Source: Rebecca billardiae RCC1528
Taxonomy: Eukaryota > Protista > Haptophyta
Reading direction: 5' to 3'
Length of the DNA: 64,000 nt
NCBI GenBank assembly: GCA_965240325.2
Contig: OZ251235.1
Coordinates: 124,001 to 188,000 of the forward strand
In this document: positions 34,998 to 45,728 of the stretch, one piece after another
Position numbering within the stretch: the first letter of the stretch is position 1
How the letters are laid out: every line of letters starts with the position of its first letter
Made by a program: the position numbers and the translations under genes
The notes under the pieces: generated by a model
What the model was told of the DNA's origin: nothing
What the model saw: only the letters and a program-made list of their open reading frames with translations
Databases searched by the model: none

Positions 34998-37379
34998 TCA
35001 GCGCTGCCGCCTGGATGAGGCGGCAGGGGGCGGCGTCCACTCGTTGTAGATGGCCGCAGCTGACACGCCTTCTTCCGGCGGCATGGCGTGCAGCTTGAGC
35101 TGCGCGAGCCGATTGCCGACGCCTCGAAAGCGCATGGCGATGGTCGTCGTCGCCCGAGGCCGGAGCACGCCCGCATGGCACGCCTCCGTGCCCACGGCCG
35201 TGCCATTCAGGTAGAGCGCAAACGCTTGGATGCTCGGCTGGTAGCTCAGCAGCCAGTGCGCCCACGCGTGCGCGCGCATGGCGGGCGCCTGGAATATCGG
35301 CATCACTCGCTGATTCCGCCAGCGCACACGGATCTGGCCGGGAGACAGCTCGATCAGCAGCCTTTGCCCGGTGCTGCTCGCCATGGCGAACTCCTGCGTG
35401 CCGCCCGGCGCGAGCGCCGACCACGCGCTCAGGGCCCAAGCCAACGGCAGCTCGTCCACAGAGGCGCTCAACTGGACCGGCGCCGAGGCTGCGCCCAGCT
35501 CCAGGAAGCCCTGGCTGAAGTCGAGCGGCTGCTTCGTCGTGTTCAGCCGCAGGTCCGGCCCCGAGGCGGCGCGCACATCCGAGACGAGCGGCCAGTGCGC
35601 CACGAGCGAGAGCGATGGTGCCTCGCTCGTCTGTGGCGCTGCGCCCTCGGCGTAGGCGCGCGGGCTTAGGACGGGCCCAGCGAGCGCCTTGCCGGTCGCG
35701 TTCAGATGTTCGAACACGCGGATCTTGTGCCCCTCGTAGATGACCACGCGGTGCGTCTGCCGCCAGCTCAGGATCGGGTCGTCGAGGGCGGGCGGCGTGT
35801 ACCCTTCCGGCCACTGCGGCTTCTGGCAGCAGCCAATGGACGGCAGGTCGTAGTCGTTGGCGCTCACCAGCACGCGCAGGATGGAGTGCATCCACACGAG
35901 CGGGCGCGCGACGGCGGGGCTTTCGGGCGAGTACTGCCCGAAGAGGACATAGCTCATCTGCTTCGCGCGCGTGAGGTTGAACGGCCGGCAGCTCGAGTAG
36001 AAGCGGTAGAAGCGGTTGCCCAGCTCAGCCGTGCCGTTGATGATGTCCGCTTGGACCACGTCCCGGTCCCACGTGCAGATGGTCACGCCGTCGATCGCCT
36101 TGGCGCGCGAGAGGAGCTTGGCGAGGAGGTCGTCGCCGAGGTCGCCGCGCTGTGCCACGTGGTACGCCGGCATCCCCGGCTCGAGCAGCCCGAGCTGCTC
36201 GGCGGTCACGCCGTTGAACATCGTGACCCGCCGCGTCCACTGCGCGTGATTGTGCCACCAGCTGCAGCGCGGGCGCGCGGCGTGCGGGCACGGGCACAGC
36301 GGGTCAGATGGGGCGTGTGGAATCAGAGCGGCGGGCACCGCGCGCGCCCGGAGACGCCAAAAGCTGCCGCGCGGCGCAGATCGCATGCGCACGCATGGGC
36401 GCAGGCGCGCAGGCGCGCGCGCGCACGTCCACACGACACGTCCGTCCATCGGCGAGTATGACGCAGCGGACCAGAGGTGGCTCGGGCGGTCGCCGGGGAC
36501 ATGGAAGGTGTTCGCGTGGCCCTTCGCCTCGCCATCGGCGTGCGTGATGTGCCCGCTCGTGAAGAGCGTCAACGGCTTGGGCGCGGCCGCCTCGTTGCGC
36601 TCGTAGCGCAGCGCCACCGTGAACCAGTGCTCGAGCGGCGCCGAGCCGGCCGGCCGCACGTCGTTCACCTCCGACCAGCCGGTGAGCGGCGTGCGCATGC
36701 GCATGGCGTATCCCTTGGGGAAGAGGCGGACGTGGCACCCGACGCCGCCCTCGTCGAGCGGGCAGTCCGAGTCGCCGTGCGCGATCAGCTCGTGCATGTA
36801 CTTGGTCGTGCCGTTCTGCACGAGGTGCCAGTGGTGCTGGTGGATCGGAGGGAAGTCGAGCAGCCGGGACGCGTTGTCCGTCGAGCCGACGAAGGCGGCG
36901 GTGACGTACATGCGCTCGGGCAGCGAGGGATGGCCCATGGTGAAGGTCGTCTGCGTCCAGTCGTTGCCGCCCGTCGTCACGACCGGGCCCACACGCGAAA
37001 AGAACCACTCGCCGCCGTGCAGGCACCATGTCTGCTCGAGCCGGGGCGAGCTGATCGGACGGTAGTCGAATTTGCCGAGCAGGTCGTGTATCGGCCCCAC
37101 GGTCCAGGACGTGTCGTGCTTGGGCAGGCCCATCGTCTCCGCGGACCACTCGCACCCGCGCAGCAGCGACTCGAGCATCTCGCGGTTCATGCGGTTGCCC
37201 TCGGCACCCGGGAGCATGTGCTCGCACCATGCGCGATACTCGGGGTCCGCGTGCTTGGCGCACGTATCCGGCGTCTCGACCCATCCCTCACCCTCATCGA
37301 CGACGCGCGGCAGCCGCGGCCCACTCGCGGCCCAAGCGAGGAGGGCAGCGCCCAGCACGAGTGCAGGGTGCAGCACCAT
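34998..37379 (-). CDS. Secreted His-rich protein, putative copper monooxygenase (PHM-like fold) with C-terminal LamG/ConA-like domain; in-frame intron 36262-36426
   Basis: Signal MVLHPALVLGAALLAWAASG; PPIHQHHWHL, HGDSDC, WWHNH, WMH. C-terminal WALSAW...WAHWLLSY...ALYLNG...QLKLH...AIYN. Confidence 0.55.
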   Translation of the reverse strand: MVLHPALVLGAALLAWAASGPRLPRVVDEGEGWVETPDTCAKHADPEYRAWCEHMLPGAEGNRMNREMLESLLRGCEWSAETMGLPKHDTSWTVGPIHDLLGKFDYRPISSPRLEQTWCLHGGEWFFSRVGPVVTTGGNDWTQTTFTMGHPSLPERMYVTAAFVGSTDNASRLLDFPPIHQHHWHLVQNGTTKYMHELIAHGDSDCPLDEGGVGCHVRLFPKGYAMRMRTPLTGWSEVNDVRPAGSAPLEHWFTVALRYERNEAAAPKPLTLFTSGHITHADGEAKGHANTFHVPGDRPSHLWSAASYSPMDGRVVWTCARAPARLRPCVRMRSAPRGSFWRLRARAVPAALIPHAPSDPLCPCPHAARPRCSWWHNHAQWTRRVTMFNGVTAEQLGLLEPGMPAYHVAQRGDLGDDLLAKLLSRAKAIDGVTICTWDRDVVQADIINGTAELGNRFYRFYSSCRPFNLTRAKQMSYVLFGQYSPESPAVARPLVWMHSILRVLVSANDYDLPSIGCCQKPQWPEGYTPPALDDPILSWRQTHRVVIYEGHKIRVFEHLNATGKALAGPVLSPRAYAEGAAPQTSEAPSLSLVAHWPLVSDVRAASGPDLRLNTTKQPLDFSQGFLELGAASAPVQLSASVDELPLAWALSAWSALAPGGTQEFAMASSTGQRLLIELSPGQIRVRWRNQRVMPIFQAPAMRAHAWAHWLLSYQPSIQAFALYLNGTAVGTEACHAGVLRPRATTTIAMRFRGVGNRLAQLKLHAMPPEEGVSAAAIYNEWTPPPAASSRRQR

Positions 37380-39100
37380 CTGGGGCTGTACGCCGCACGG
37401 GCACCCCTCCCGCTCGGGGCACGATGGCTGCCGGCAGTTGAGGCAAGCCTTGCCGCAAGGCTCGGTGGTTCGTGAATGGCGACCCGCTACGTGCCAGACT
37501 GCCAGTGCGGCACGACGCACAAGGGCCGAGGTATGGGAGGCATGAGAGTGCGGGCACGGCAGGGCGCGGGGGTTTGGTGGTCGTAGATGACTCTTCTTCA
37601 GGCCTTGGCATCGCTGGGCGACTCGTATCCACCTCTCTCCAGCTCCTCTTGTCCCTGCTTCCGCATGGCCAGTGATCGACGTGCACGCCGACCGTGCACG
37701 GGCAAAGGCAAGTGCATAACGCCGGGGGAGGTCGGAGTTGTGGGTGGTGGATGCTTGCGCATCTTTCATGGAACGCCGTCAGCGCTCGCAGCTCGCCTTC
37801 AGCTTCGCTCGCCGCTCCAGGGCCAGCGTCTCCGCTCCCGTGGTAGTATGCCAGGCATGACGGTGATTGCTTTTTGAATTGGGATTTTCTGCAGCTTCTG
37901 TCGTGTATGGCTCTGGAGCTCTTCTTGGGGGTGTCTGCAAGGATCGGATGGGCTCGAGAGCTCGCGCACGCGCTGGTCAGCAGCCTCCCTCTGAAGGCTA
38001 CGTGCACTGCTCACTTTCACCCATCCAGGAGCGCAGGGTAAGAAACCGAGCAGGGAGCCGTGCGGGCAGGCGGACGATCAAAGATCACAGCAGCGGTCGC
38101 TTGCACATGCCAAGCGACACTGTGGAGGTAGATTGCAGGCGCCAATGTGCATAGATACCTCCTGCACGTGCATGCCACACAACCCGTAACGCCACACGCG
38201 CCGTCGTGCCCGTGGGCGTGGTGTCCGGGTGGGCGCTCCCTCGTTGTGCGAGAGATGGCCCACGCTGGGAGCGATGTGCAAGCCATCTCGCGGATCGCGC
38301 GGCAAGGCTTTTGAGCCGGACTGGCGCCCCGAGGGGGGCTATACGATTTGGGCGTCGGTGGGGGAAGAGACGCAAACTGACACAGTCACAGCTCAGCGCC
38401 CTGTGGATGTGGTCCGCCACCTCCTGCGAGTCGCCGGACCGCCTCGGACTCGGAGCGGGTGGCCGCTGGCCCGATGATTCGTGCGGCCGGGTGGCATCCT
38501 GTCCGGCCCTGATCACGATTCAGTTCACACTGCGCCACTGCCAGCGCTGACGCTTGCCGCGAGACGATGTGAGGACATTGTCAGACTGGGCACCAGTCCG
38601 AGTCAGTGACACCGTTCCACAGGAGTCGCGGGTAAGTTTCCACATCTACCCGTACGACGAGTCGACGTACCGGCGGAGGCACGAGGCGACACTATCTCGG
38701 CCAGTCCGGAGCCCCAACCCCCGTGGGTTTGGGGCTGCCCCGGACCCATCATCCGTCATGTGACACCGTCCGCCTCGCCCCTTCGTTCGGGGCGGTCCTA
38801 GCAGCCCCGCCCGTGGTCGCTTCCGGTCGGGACCTATCGCCCACACGCGCGGTAGGGAGCACCCACTACGCTTCTTCTTCAGTCTAACAGACATGAGTCA
38901 TGACGCTGTCGCTGACGAGGACTGACGATGGCCTCGTCCCATTCTAAACGGTTGAGTGTACCCCCATACAGTGATTATGAAGTATGACTACGGTCGGAAC
39001 GCTGAATACATATATGCCATCCTCCGGCCCATCTCGCGCGCCCGGCAACACAGCGCGAGCGAATGGACCCATCGCTGCTGCGTATGCTGCCACCGCGCGA

Positions 39101-39742
39101 CTAGCCTGCACGCTCGCCGCCCAGCGCCCGGTCCTCCACGATGACATCACCCCACTGGTTGGTGCGCACGCCGCTGCCGCCGGCCGGACCGCGGTTCAGC
39201 GCATCACCGCGAGTGGCGGCGGGCGCGTCGAGGCCAAAGTCGCCTGGTGTGCGAGCAAAGTCTGGTGCGGCCGAGTCGAAGCTCGGCTCCCGAAGCGCTT
39301 CGCCCGATTCGGCGGCCTGAGCCTTTGGCGCGTGCTGCGCGGGTGGACCCAAGCCGCCGGTCGAGTGCCGCACCCACGAGTCGCGCACGCTCTGACCAAA
39401 AGGCGTCTGTAAGCGCTGGCAATCGTTGACGAGCTGCGGACACGTTGATGGCAGCGCCGACGCACCACCAATGAAGAAGCCTGCCACGGTCAACACGTGC
39501 GAGGTCCACGACAGGGGCCCGCGCGGCTTGGCGAGGCGAGCGCCAGCGTAGCTCACCAGAGAAGTGACAACACCCCACGTCGCCATCTGCACGCAAGCGA
39601 CTGAGCGCCAGCGCGAGAAGCACGCGAAGTCCTCGGGCGTCAGATCGGCCCGCCGCTTCTCGGCGAACTCCATCATGTCGCGCGCCACGTCGGCGTGCAC
39701 CTGGCTCATGAGCGGCGGACGACGCGGCGGCGCATCCTCCAT
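39101..39742 (-). CDS. Two-TM protein, possibly OCIA-domain-like (upstream in-frame ATG at 39853)
   Basis: Two hydrophobic helices, LQTPFGQSVR, and C-terminal VRTNQWGD resembling the OCIAD1 KVNKYGD tail. Confidence 0.45.
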   Translation of the reverse strand: MEDAPPRRPPLMSQVHADVARDMMEFAEKRRADLTPEDFACFSRWRSVACVQMATWGVVTSLVSYAGARLAKPRGPLSWTSHVLTVAGFFIGGASALPSTCPQLVNDCQRLQTPFGQSVRDSWVRHSTGGLGPPAQHAPKAQAAESGEALREPSFDSAAPDFARTPGDFGLDAPAATRGDALNRGPAGGSGVRTNQWGDVIVEDRALGGERAG

Positions 39743-39851
39743 CGTCGGCGCTTCACCCTTCAGCTCTCGGAGTTCAGAGTCTGGCTTGCCGGACTTGTCA
39801 GCCCCGCTCCGGCCCAGCCACCGGCCCGGGCCGGCCGTTGTGGAGACCAGC

Positions 39852-40411
39852 ATGTCGGATCTCGCGCTGGCGTCGAATGGTGCTACGGTGCCGCTGGGTG
39901 CGCGCCAAGAGGGCGCATGCGCACGGCTGCTACCGCGTTAAGCTCGCACCGACCGTCTATACTACATAATCGCCCGCCCACGGAGCCCTCACCCCGCGCT
40001 GTGCCGCCCTTCTCTGCCGACCGCGCCCCTCGCCGCGCAGCCACTTCGTGGGACCCACAGCACCCGCAGGAGCGCATCATTGATGGCAAGGAGAGCACGT
40101 TCTGGTCGACGACGGGCATGTTCCCGCAGGAGGTGGTGATTACACTCGGCGCGCGTGCGCACATCTCGCGCATCAACACCGTCACCAACGGCGTGAGGCG
40201 AATCTCGGTCGAGGTGAGCAAGGGCGAGCAGCCAGTCGACTTTGACAAGCTGGTCCCTGAGACGGACATCAGCAACCAGGGCGGCCAGCCGCACTCGGAG
40301 CTGTTCACCGTGACGCAGACAGAGGCAAGGCACGTGAAGGTCGTCATCCACGCCGGCTGGGACCACTTTGTGGCGCTGCACAGCGTAGAGGTGCTCGGGC
40401 AGCCGGTCTGA
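39852..40411 (+). CDS. IFT25: Intraflagellar transport protein 25 (HSPB11); exons 39852-39897, 40041-40411
   Basis: Spliced product MSDLALASNGATVPLATSWDPQHPQERIIDGKESTFWSTTGMFPQEVVI...GWDHFVALHSV. Confidence 0.92.
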
Positions 40412-41563
40412 TGCACGCTGGAGCGCGCAGGCACTACCCGCACCTGGGCCCCGTGGGCCCCGCTGCTCACAGGGCGAGCGCACATGGCGTCAGCCATTGG
40501 GGCACGAGGCTGATGGAGGTGGTTCTGCTTGCTCGCCCAGGCCTAGCCCCACGACCGCGGGCGCTGTGTCGGCTGCGCTCGGCCACTGCCAAGTGTGGCC
40601 TGTGCGGCGGCCTTGCCGCCTGCCGCGGAGGGCTGGACATGCGTCATTGCGTGCGCCGGCACGGGCACATCGGACATCGTGTCGGTGTGGACTGGAATCG
40701 TCGAGGCTTCGTCTTACGACGTCAAAGTCTGAGCGGCTGCCTGTCACCAGTCGTGCTGGCGCGGCGGCGCCCCCCGGCCCCCCAGGCCCGGCGCGTGGTC
40801 CGCGACTCCGAGGACTCATCACTCAGTCATGGCGAGTGAGTGACCGTGACGCCTGATGAGTCGACACCTGACGGCTGACTAGTGACTGTGACTCAGTCTC
40901 CGACGGTCAAGCTGGAGTAATGACTGACTGTGACTCAGACTGGTCCGACTCCGAGTGGTCGTCAGCACCCTGTGACTTCAGATGTGAGTAAGTCAGTACT
41001 TCCGTGCGTACTGAGTCCGTGATACTGATATAGTGATATAGTGATGAACGCCCGTGACGGGATTCTGACTTTCTCGTTTCTGTCTGTACTCACTACTGCG
41101 AATTAAGTCGCCATCAACTATAATGCTCGTGTAAGACTCAGTCAGACTACAGGGCACGACTCGGCGCTGCCAGTGAACGGGCTTGGCAGTGTCAAGAGTA
41201 CTTCTACGAAGTCTTCTTCAGTTACTAGTTAGTAGTACGGTCAGTCATACCATGAGCCGTCGGACGGCCGCACACTGATGCACTCATCATCAGGCCACCG
41301 CCTACAGAGTACAGCGCTGTCGCCGTCGGTCAGTCCGAGTGGCGAGTCCGAGACCGAGTCGTCGGAGTGTGTCAGGCACTACGGAGCCCGTGACGGGCCG
41401 TGTGACATCAGGTGCCCGAGCAGGCCGTTTCGTCATTCACTCTTCCGAGCCTATCTATAGCTATATCCCGCTACTGTCGTCCGCGCACATATAGCTATAC
41501 TGCCGCTGGTCATGTCGTACTAGCTTGTCGTACTTAGCTTTTTTAAATAAGCTTATTACTCGG

Positions 41564-42940
41564 CTAGCATGCGTCGGAGCCGAGCCCGACGCCCAACCCG
41601 ACAGCGAGTGCGACGACGACGAGTACGACGGGAACTGCGATCATGCCGCCGCCGCCGCCGCCGCCGCCCCCACCCCCTCCCCCACCGCCGCCACCGCCGC
41701 CACCGGAGCTGTCACCAGCGGTGCAGTTCTCGCAGCGCGCCGCGCCGACCGGGTACGTTGCCATCTGCGTGATGCCACACAAGTTGTGGCCCCTCAACAG
41801 CCGGATGTATCCTCCCTCGCCCCAGCTCTCCCCCCAGCTGTTCTTCACCGTCCAGTACGGCGTGCCGCCATCGGTGCCGTACCCGACGAGGTACACCGCG
41901 TGATCGAGCGCCGTGCCGCAGCGCGAGTCGTCGAAGATGCCCGACTTGTACATCATGAACTGGTGCGAGTCCGCCTCGACAGCGACCGAGATCGGCCGGC
42001 CGGCGAGCGCGTCCATCAGCGCCGCCTCGTCGTGCGGCTTCACCGACACGTATCCACTGATCGTCGCGATGGGCGTGCACGCGGTCTGGCAAGCAGGCCG
42101 CGCGCCAAACTTGCTCGCGTACGGGTAATCCTTGCGCGCGCAGATGCCGTGCTCGCGCACCCAGCCAAACGCGTTGGCTGGGAGGCCGCCGTTGCAGCCC
42201 ATGTCGCCCATCGCCTTGCCGTAGTCGCAGCTGACGAGCTGCTGCTCGGCCATGGGCTCGAGGTCGCCCGTCGCGAGGAAGTACGCCCCCGTGATCGACT
42301 CGGCCGCGGAGAACGCCCAGCACGAGCCGCACTGGCCCTGGTCGAGCACAGGCCCGATGGCACCACGCTCTCGCCAGTCGACTGCGGCTGGTGCGCCCAG
42401 CATGCCCGACGGCCGGTGCAGCCCCTTTGGGCGCTCGAATGGGAGGACGCGCCCATCCACGGGGGTGCCCAGCAGCGTGGCGCGCTGCTCGTCCGACATA
42501 TCCGATAGCGCGTTGTGACCGACCTCGTACCGCCCTTGGTCGAGCTCGTTGCCGCTGCCTCCCTCGACGGCGCCGAGCCGAGAGCGCGCGCGGACGAGCT
42601 CGCGCTGCTGGTCGCGCAGGAAGAGCTCCGTCCGCATCCACGCCTCGAATGCGGCGGTACGTTCGTCTGCTGACGCGTACGACCGGCCGCGGGCCTCTGC
42701 CCACGTCGCGAAGTCGGACGCCATCGTCTGCAGCTCCTCGTCGCTCACGCCAAGCCGCCATTGCGCATCCTCGAGCTGTGTGTGCGCGCGCGTGCTGAGC
42801 AAGTGGCCCGGGCGCGTGCGCTCGTGCGGATGGGCGTGTACGACTGGCGCGCGGACGTACGGCGCGGCAGCAAGCAGCAGGAGGGCGGCCAAGCCGCCCC
42901 TCCTTCGCGTGGACGTCTCGTGCGCGGGCGCGGAGGCCAT
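41564..42940 (-). CDS. Papain-family (C1A) cathepsin L-like cysteine protease with I29 prodomain and C-terminal Gly linker plus hydrophobic tail
   Basis: Signal LAALLLLAAAP, VDWRERG, DQGQCGSCWAFS, GCNGG, LDHAVYLVGYG, YWTVKNSWGESWGEGGY. Confidence 0.95.
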   Translation of the reverse strand: MASAPAHETSTRRRGGLAALLLLAAAPYVRAPVVHAHPHERTRPGHLLSTRAHTQLEDAQWRLGVSDEELQTMASDFATWAEARGRSYASADERTAAFEAWMRTELFLRDQQRELVRARSRLGAVEGGSGNELDQGRYEVGHNALSDMSDEQRATLLGTPVDGRVLPFERPKGLHRPSGMLGAPAAVDWRERGAIGPVLDQGQCGSCWAFSAAESITGAYFLATGDLEPMAEQQLVSCDYGKAMGDMGCNGGLPANAFGWVREHGICARKDYPYASKFGARPACQTACTPIATISGYVSVKPHDEAALMDALAGRPISVAVEADSHQFMMYKSGIFDDSRCGTALDHAVYLVGYGTDGGTPYWTVKNSWGESWGEGGYIRLLRGHNLCGITQMATYPVGAARCENCTAGDSSGGGGGGGGGGGGGGGGGGGGMIAVPVVLVVVALAVGLGVGLGSDAC

Positions 42941-43535
42941 GGATGCCTCAGCACGCGCCAAACGCTGCACGCGAAATGCGAGCGGCGGATCCAAAAGGCA
43001 ACAAAAGTCGGCACGGCGATTTGATTCCGGACTCAACGACCGTGCCGTCGTCTGGCGTAGTTTGAAGTTGGCTGCTGACTTCGCACGCCGCCACGCTGGC
43101 GCGGGACCCAACCATGCACCGGCGGCTCCGGGCGCGCAGCGCGGTGCGCTGAGTGTCACTCTGATTGATTGAGCGTCTGGTGACCGAAACGGCGGCGGCT
43201 TATACTGTGCACCGCCCCCACGTTACTGCAGATTCAATAGTTCCGAGTCGCTTCGGGAATCTCCTGGGTCCGAGTCAAAGTGCTTACCGGCGCCCACCCC
43301 GCCCGCCGCGGGCGCCGGCCGCGCCGGGGTGTGACTGTGGCCGTGGGTCGAGCGCGTGTGATGCCGGGCGTCGACTGCTGCCAGCACCGCCACCGGCTGC
43401 TGGACAACAGCAGCCGGCCGGCTGCTGACCGAGCTGGCTGCGCACAGCGCACCGTGCATGCAGACTGGCCGCTGCGTCACAGTTGGCGCGGCGGCCCAGA
43501 TGGCCATAGCACGAGTGCTGGCTGGCGCTCACTAG

Positions 43536-45728
43536 TCACTTCGCCTTGTGCGCCGCCCGGCCGAGCTCGGCCGGATGGGCGAAGTCGATGCGGCGCTTCT
43601 TGGCCGCCGGGAAGCAGCCCGGCAGCGTGCTCGGGTGGGCCTCCGCCGCGCGCCGCGAGCCGCCCGACCCCGGCGAGGCCGCGGTGGCCTGCTCCTTGTG
43701 CGCGGCCGAGTTGTGCACGCCAGCGAGCGCGAGGCGGGGCGAGGCGCGCGCTGCGGCCGCGCCCGGCGCCCGCTGCTCCGAGCGCACGGCAGGGGGCGGG
43801 GAGCGGGCAGGGGAGGCGTGCCGCGCCCGGCGCGGCTCGGACGCCTCGCCCGCCTCGCCCTCGGCCCGCCGCTGCTGCCGCGGCGTGGGCGAGCTCGGTG
43901 ACAGGCGCGTCTGCACCGGCAGCCGCGAGCGCTGCAGCTGCAGCAGCGCCGCGGGGCCCCTCGAGGGCGCGGCGCCGCGCCGCTCCTTCTCGGCCGAGCG
44001 CGGAGAGCTCGAGCTGATCCGCATGGTGCGCGGGGTGGGCGAGGCGGGCGGGGACGCGGCGCGGCTGGCGGGGGCCCTGCCCAGCGCCCGCGCCGCTTCA
44101 GCCGTCGGCGCCGCGCCGCCGCGCCCAGCGCTGCGCGGGGAGGCGGCCGCGGCATTGCAATGCGCCAGCGGCTGCTTGCTGCTGCGCGCGGCGCGCGCCG
44201 ACGCGGTGCGCGCGGGAGAGGCGGCGTGCGCGTTGGGTGGCGCGGCGGTGACGAGGCAGGCCTCGGCCTCGCCCGCCGCGTCGCTGCCTGCGGCGCCGCG
44301 TGCTGCAGCCTCGGGCGCCTCGCCCAGGCGGACAGCCGCCACCGCCGCCGCCGCGGATGCGACTTGCGCGGCCGGCTGCGCCGCCTCCGGCGTGCGCGCC
44401 GCGTCGCGCGCCGCGCATGCAGCCTTGGCCGCCGCCGCGCGCGACTTGGCGTGGATGCGCGGCGGCGAGAGGGGAGCGCGCGGCGCAGACTCCCGCCGAG
44501 CCTCGCGCCCGGCCGAGGCCGCGTACGCCTTCCGCTCGGCGACCAGCGCCTCGTCGTCGTCAAGCAGCCGCACGCCGCCGCCGCGCGCCGGCCTGAACGC
44601 CGGCCGTCCGAGCGGCTGCGCGTGCGGGTTCCACCAGCCCGGCACGGCGAGCGGCCAGCCGAGCGCGGGCGCGGCGGCGGGGGCGAAGGCGTCGGGCGGC
44701 GCGCGGACGGGCGTGCGCACGGGCCTGTGCGCGCCCGACGCGTACTCCCGCCGGTACGCGCGGCCGTAGTCCACGGTCAGCTCGTCGTCCTCGGCGTAGG
44801 CGGCGCGCGTGGTCATGTACAGCACCATGCGCTCCGCGCGCCGCCAGCCCGCGGCCGAGGGGTCGCGCGCGTCGTGCGGCACGACGGCGGCGCGCCACGC
44901 GGCGTCGGCGCCCTTGGGCTGCTTGAGCCCACGCCGGCTCAGCTCGGGGCACCCGTCGGCGAGCAGCTCCACCGCGCGGTGCACCAGCCGCACGCTCGGC
45001 TTGCGCCCAGCGCCGGGCTCGTTGATCATGCCGATCAGGTTGACGCCGTCGCCGAGCGCGGGGTGCGCGTTGACGATGACGTGGCCCTCGGTGGCGGAGC
45101 GGTCGATCGAGGCGAGGTGCGTCGCCAGGTGCCGGTCCACGTGGTGCCCGCGCTGGTGCGCCGCGAGCAGCTCGAACAGGTGCGCGTGCCGCCCCGAGGC
45201 GCCGAGGCCGAGCAGCTCGCGCGCGTCCGCCTCGAGCAAGTACGACGCGGCGCGCGCGCCGGCGTCGGCGCGGCTGGGCTCGGGGTCGCAGATCTGGAGG
45301 AGGCGCTCGGTCGGCGCGAGCGCCACCTCGCCCTTGCGCAGCACGCCGTCCGCGCGCGCGGGGACCGCGCAGATGCCGTTGCGCACGTGCATGGGCGCGC
45401 CCGTGTTCGCCTGCAGCTCCGCGACCGTCACGGTGGAGAAGTCGCCGTGGAGGACGGAGACGAGGCAGCGGTGCAGGTGCTTGTCCTCCACCACCGTCTC
45501 GTACCCGAAGTACGGCATGAGCACCGGCTCGCGCACGCGCTCCCACGGCACGGCGCGCCCCGCGCGCGGGTAGACGCCGAGGCCGTGCATGTGGCTCTCG
45601 CGCACGTCGAGCTCGTCCCAGCTCCACGTGAGGGTGGCGTCGTCACGCCGCGGCAGGAGGAGCTGGTACACCGTGCGATCGCTCGCCCGCGCCGACGGGT
45701 CCCAGTTGGCCACGTACACTGCCGGCAT
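43536..45728 (-). CDS. Divergent, split SET-domain protein with long disordered C-terminus and NLS
   Basis: LDVRESHMHGLGVY, PYFG, LIGMINEP, DELTVDYG; C-terminal PAAKKRR. Confidence 0.6.
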   Translation of the reverse strand: MPAVYVANWDPSARASDRTVYQLLLPRRDDATLTWSWDELDVRESHMHGLGVYPRAGRAVPWERVREPVLMPYFGYETVVEDKHLHRCLVSVLHGDFSTVTVAELQANTGAPMHVRNGICAVPARADGVLRKGEVALAPTERLLQICDPEPSRADAGARAASYLLEADARELLGLGASGRHAHLFELLAAHQRGHHVDRHLATHLASIDRSATEGHVIVNAHPALGDGVNLIGMINEPGAGRKPSVRLVHRAVELLADGCPELSRRGLKQPKGADAAWRAAVVPHDARDPSAAGWRRAERMVLYMTTRAAYAEDDELTVDYGRAYRREYASGAHRPVRTPVRAPPDAFAPAAAPALGWPLAVPGWWNPHAQPLGRPAFRPARGGGVRLLDDDEALVAERKAYAASAGREARRESAPRAPLSPPRIHAKSRAAAAKAACAARDAARTPEAAQPAAQVASAAAAVAAVRLGEAPEAAARGAAGSDAAGEAEACLVTAAPPNAHAASPARTASARAARSSKQPLAHCNAAAASPRSAGRGGAAPTAEAARALGRAPASRAASPPASPTPRTMRISSSSPRSAEKERRGAAPSRGPAALLQLQRSRLPVQTRLSPSSPTPRQQRRAEGEAGEASEPRRARHASPARSPPPAVRSEQRAPGAAAARASPRLALAGVHNSAAHKEQATAASPGSGGSRRAAEAHPSTLPGCFPAAKKRRIDFAHPAELGRAAHKAK

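Noticed and set aside
37800-39000. Short ORFs in the long upstream/intergenic region
   Set aside because: No recognisable motifs, codon bias or splice-consistent model.
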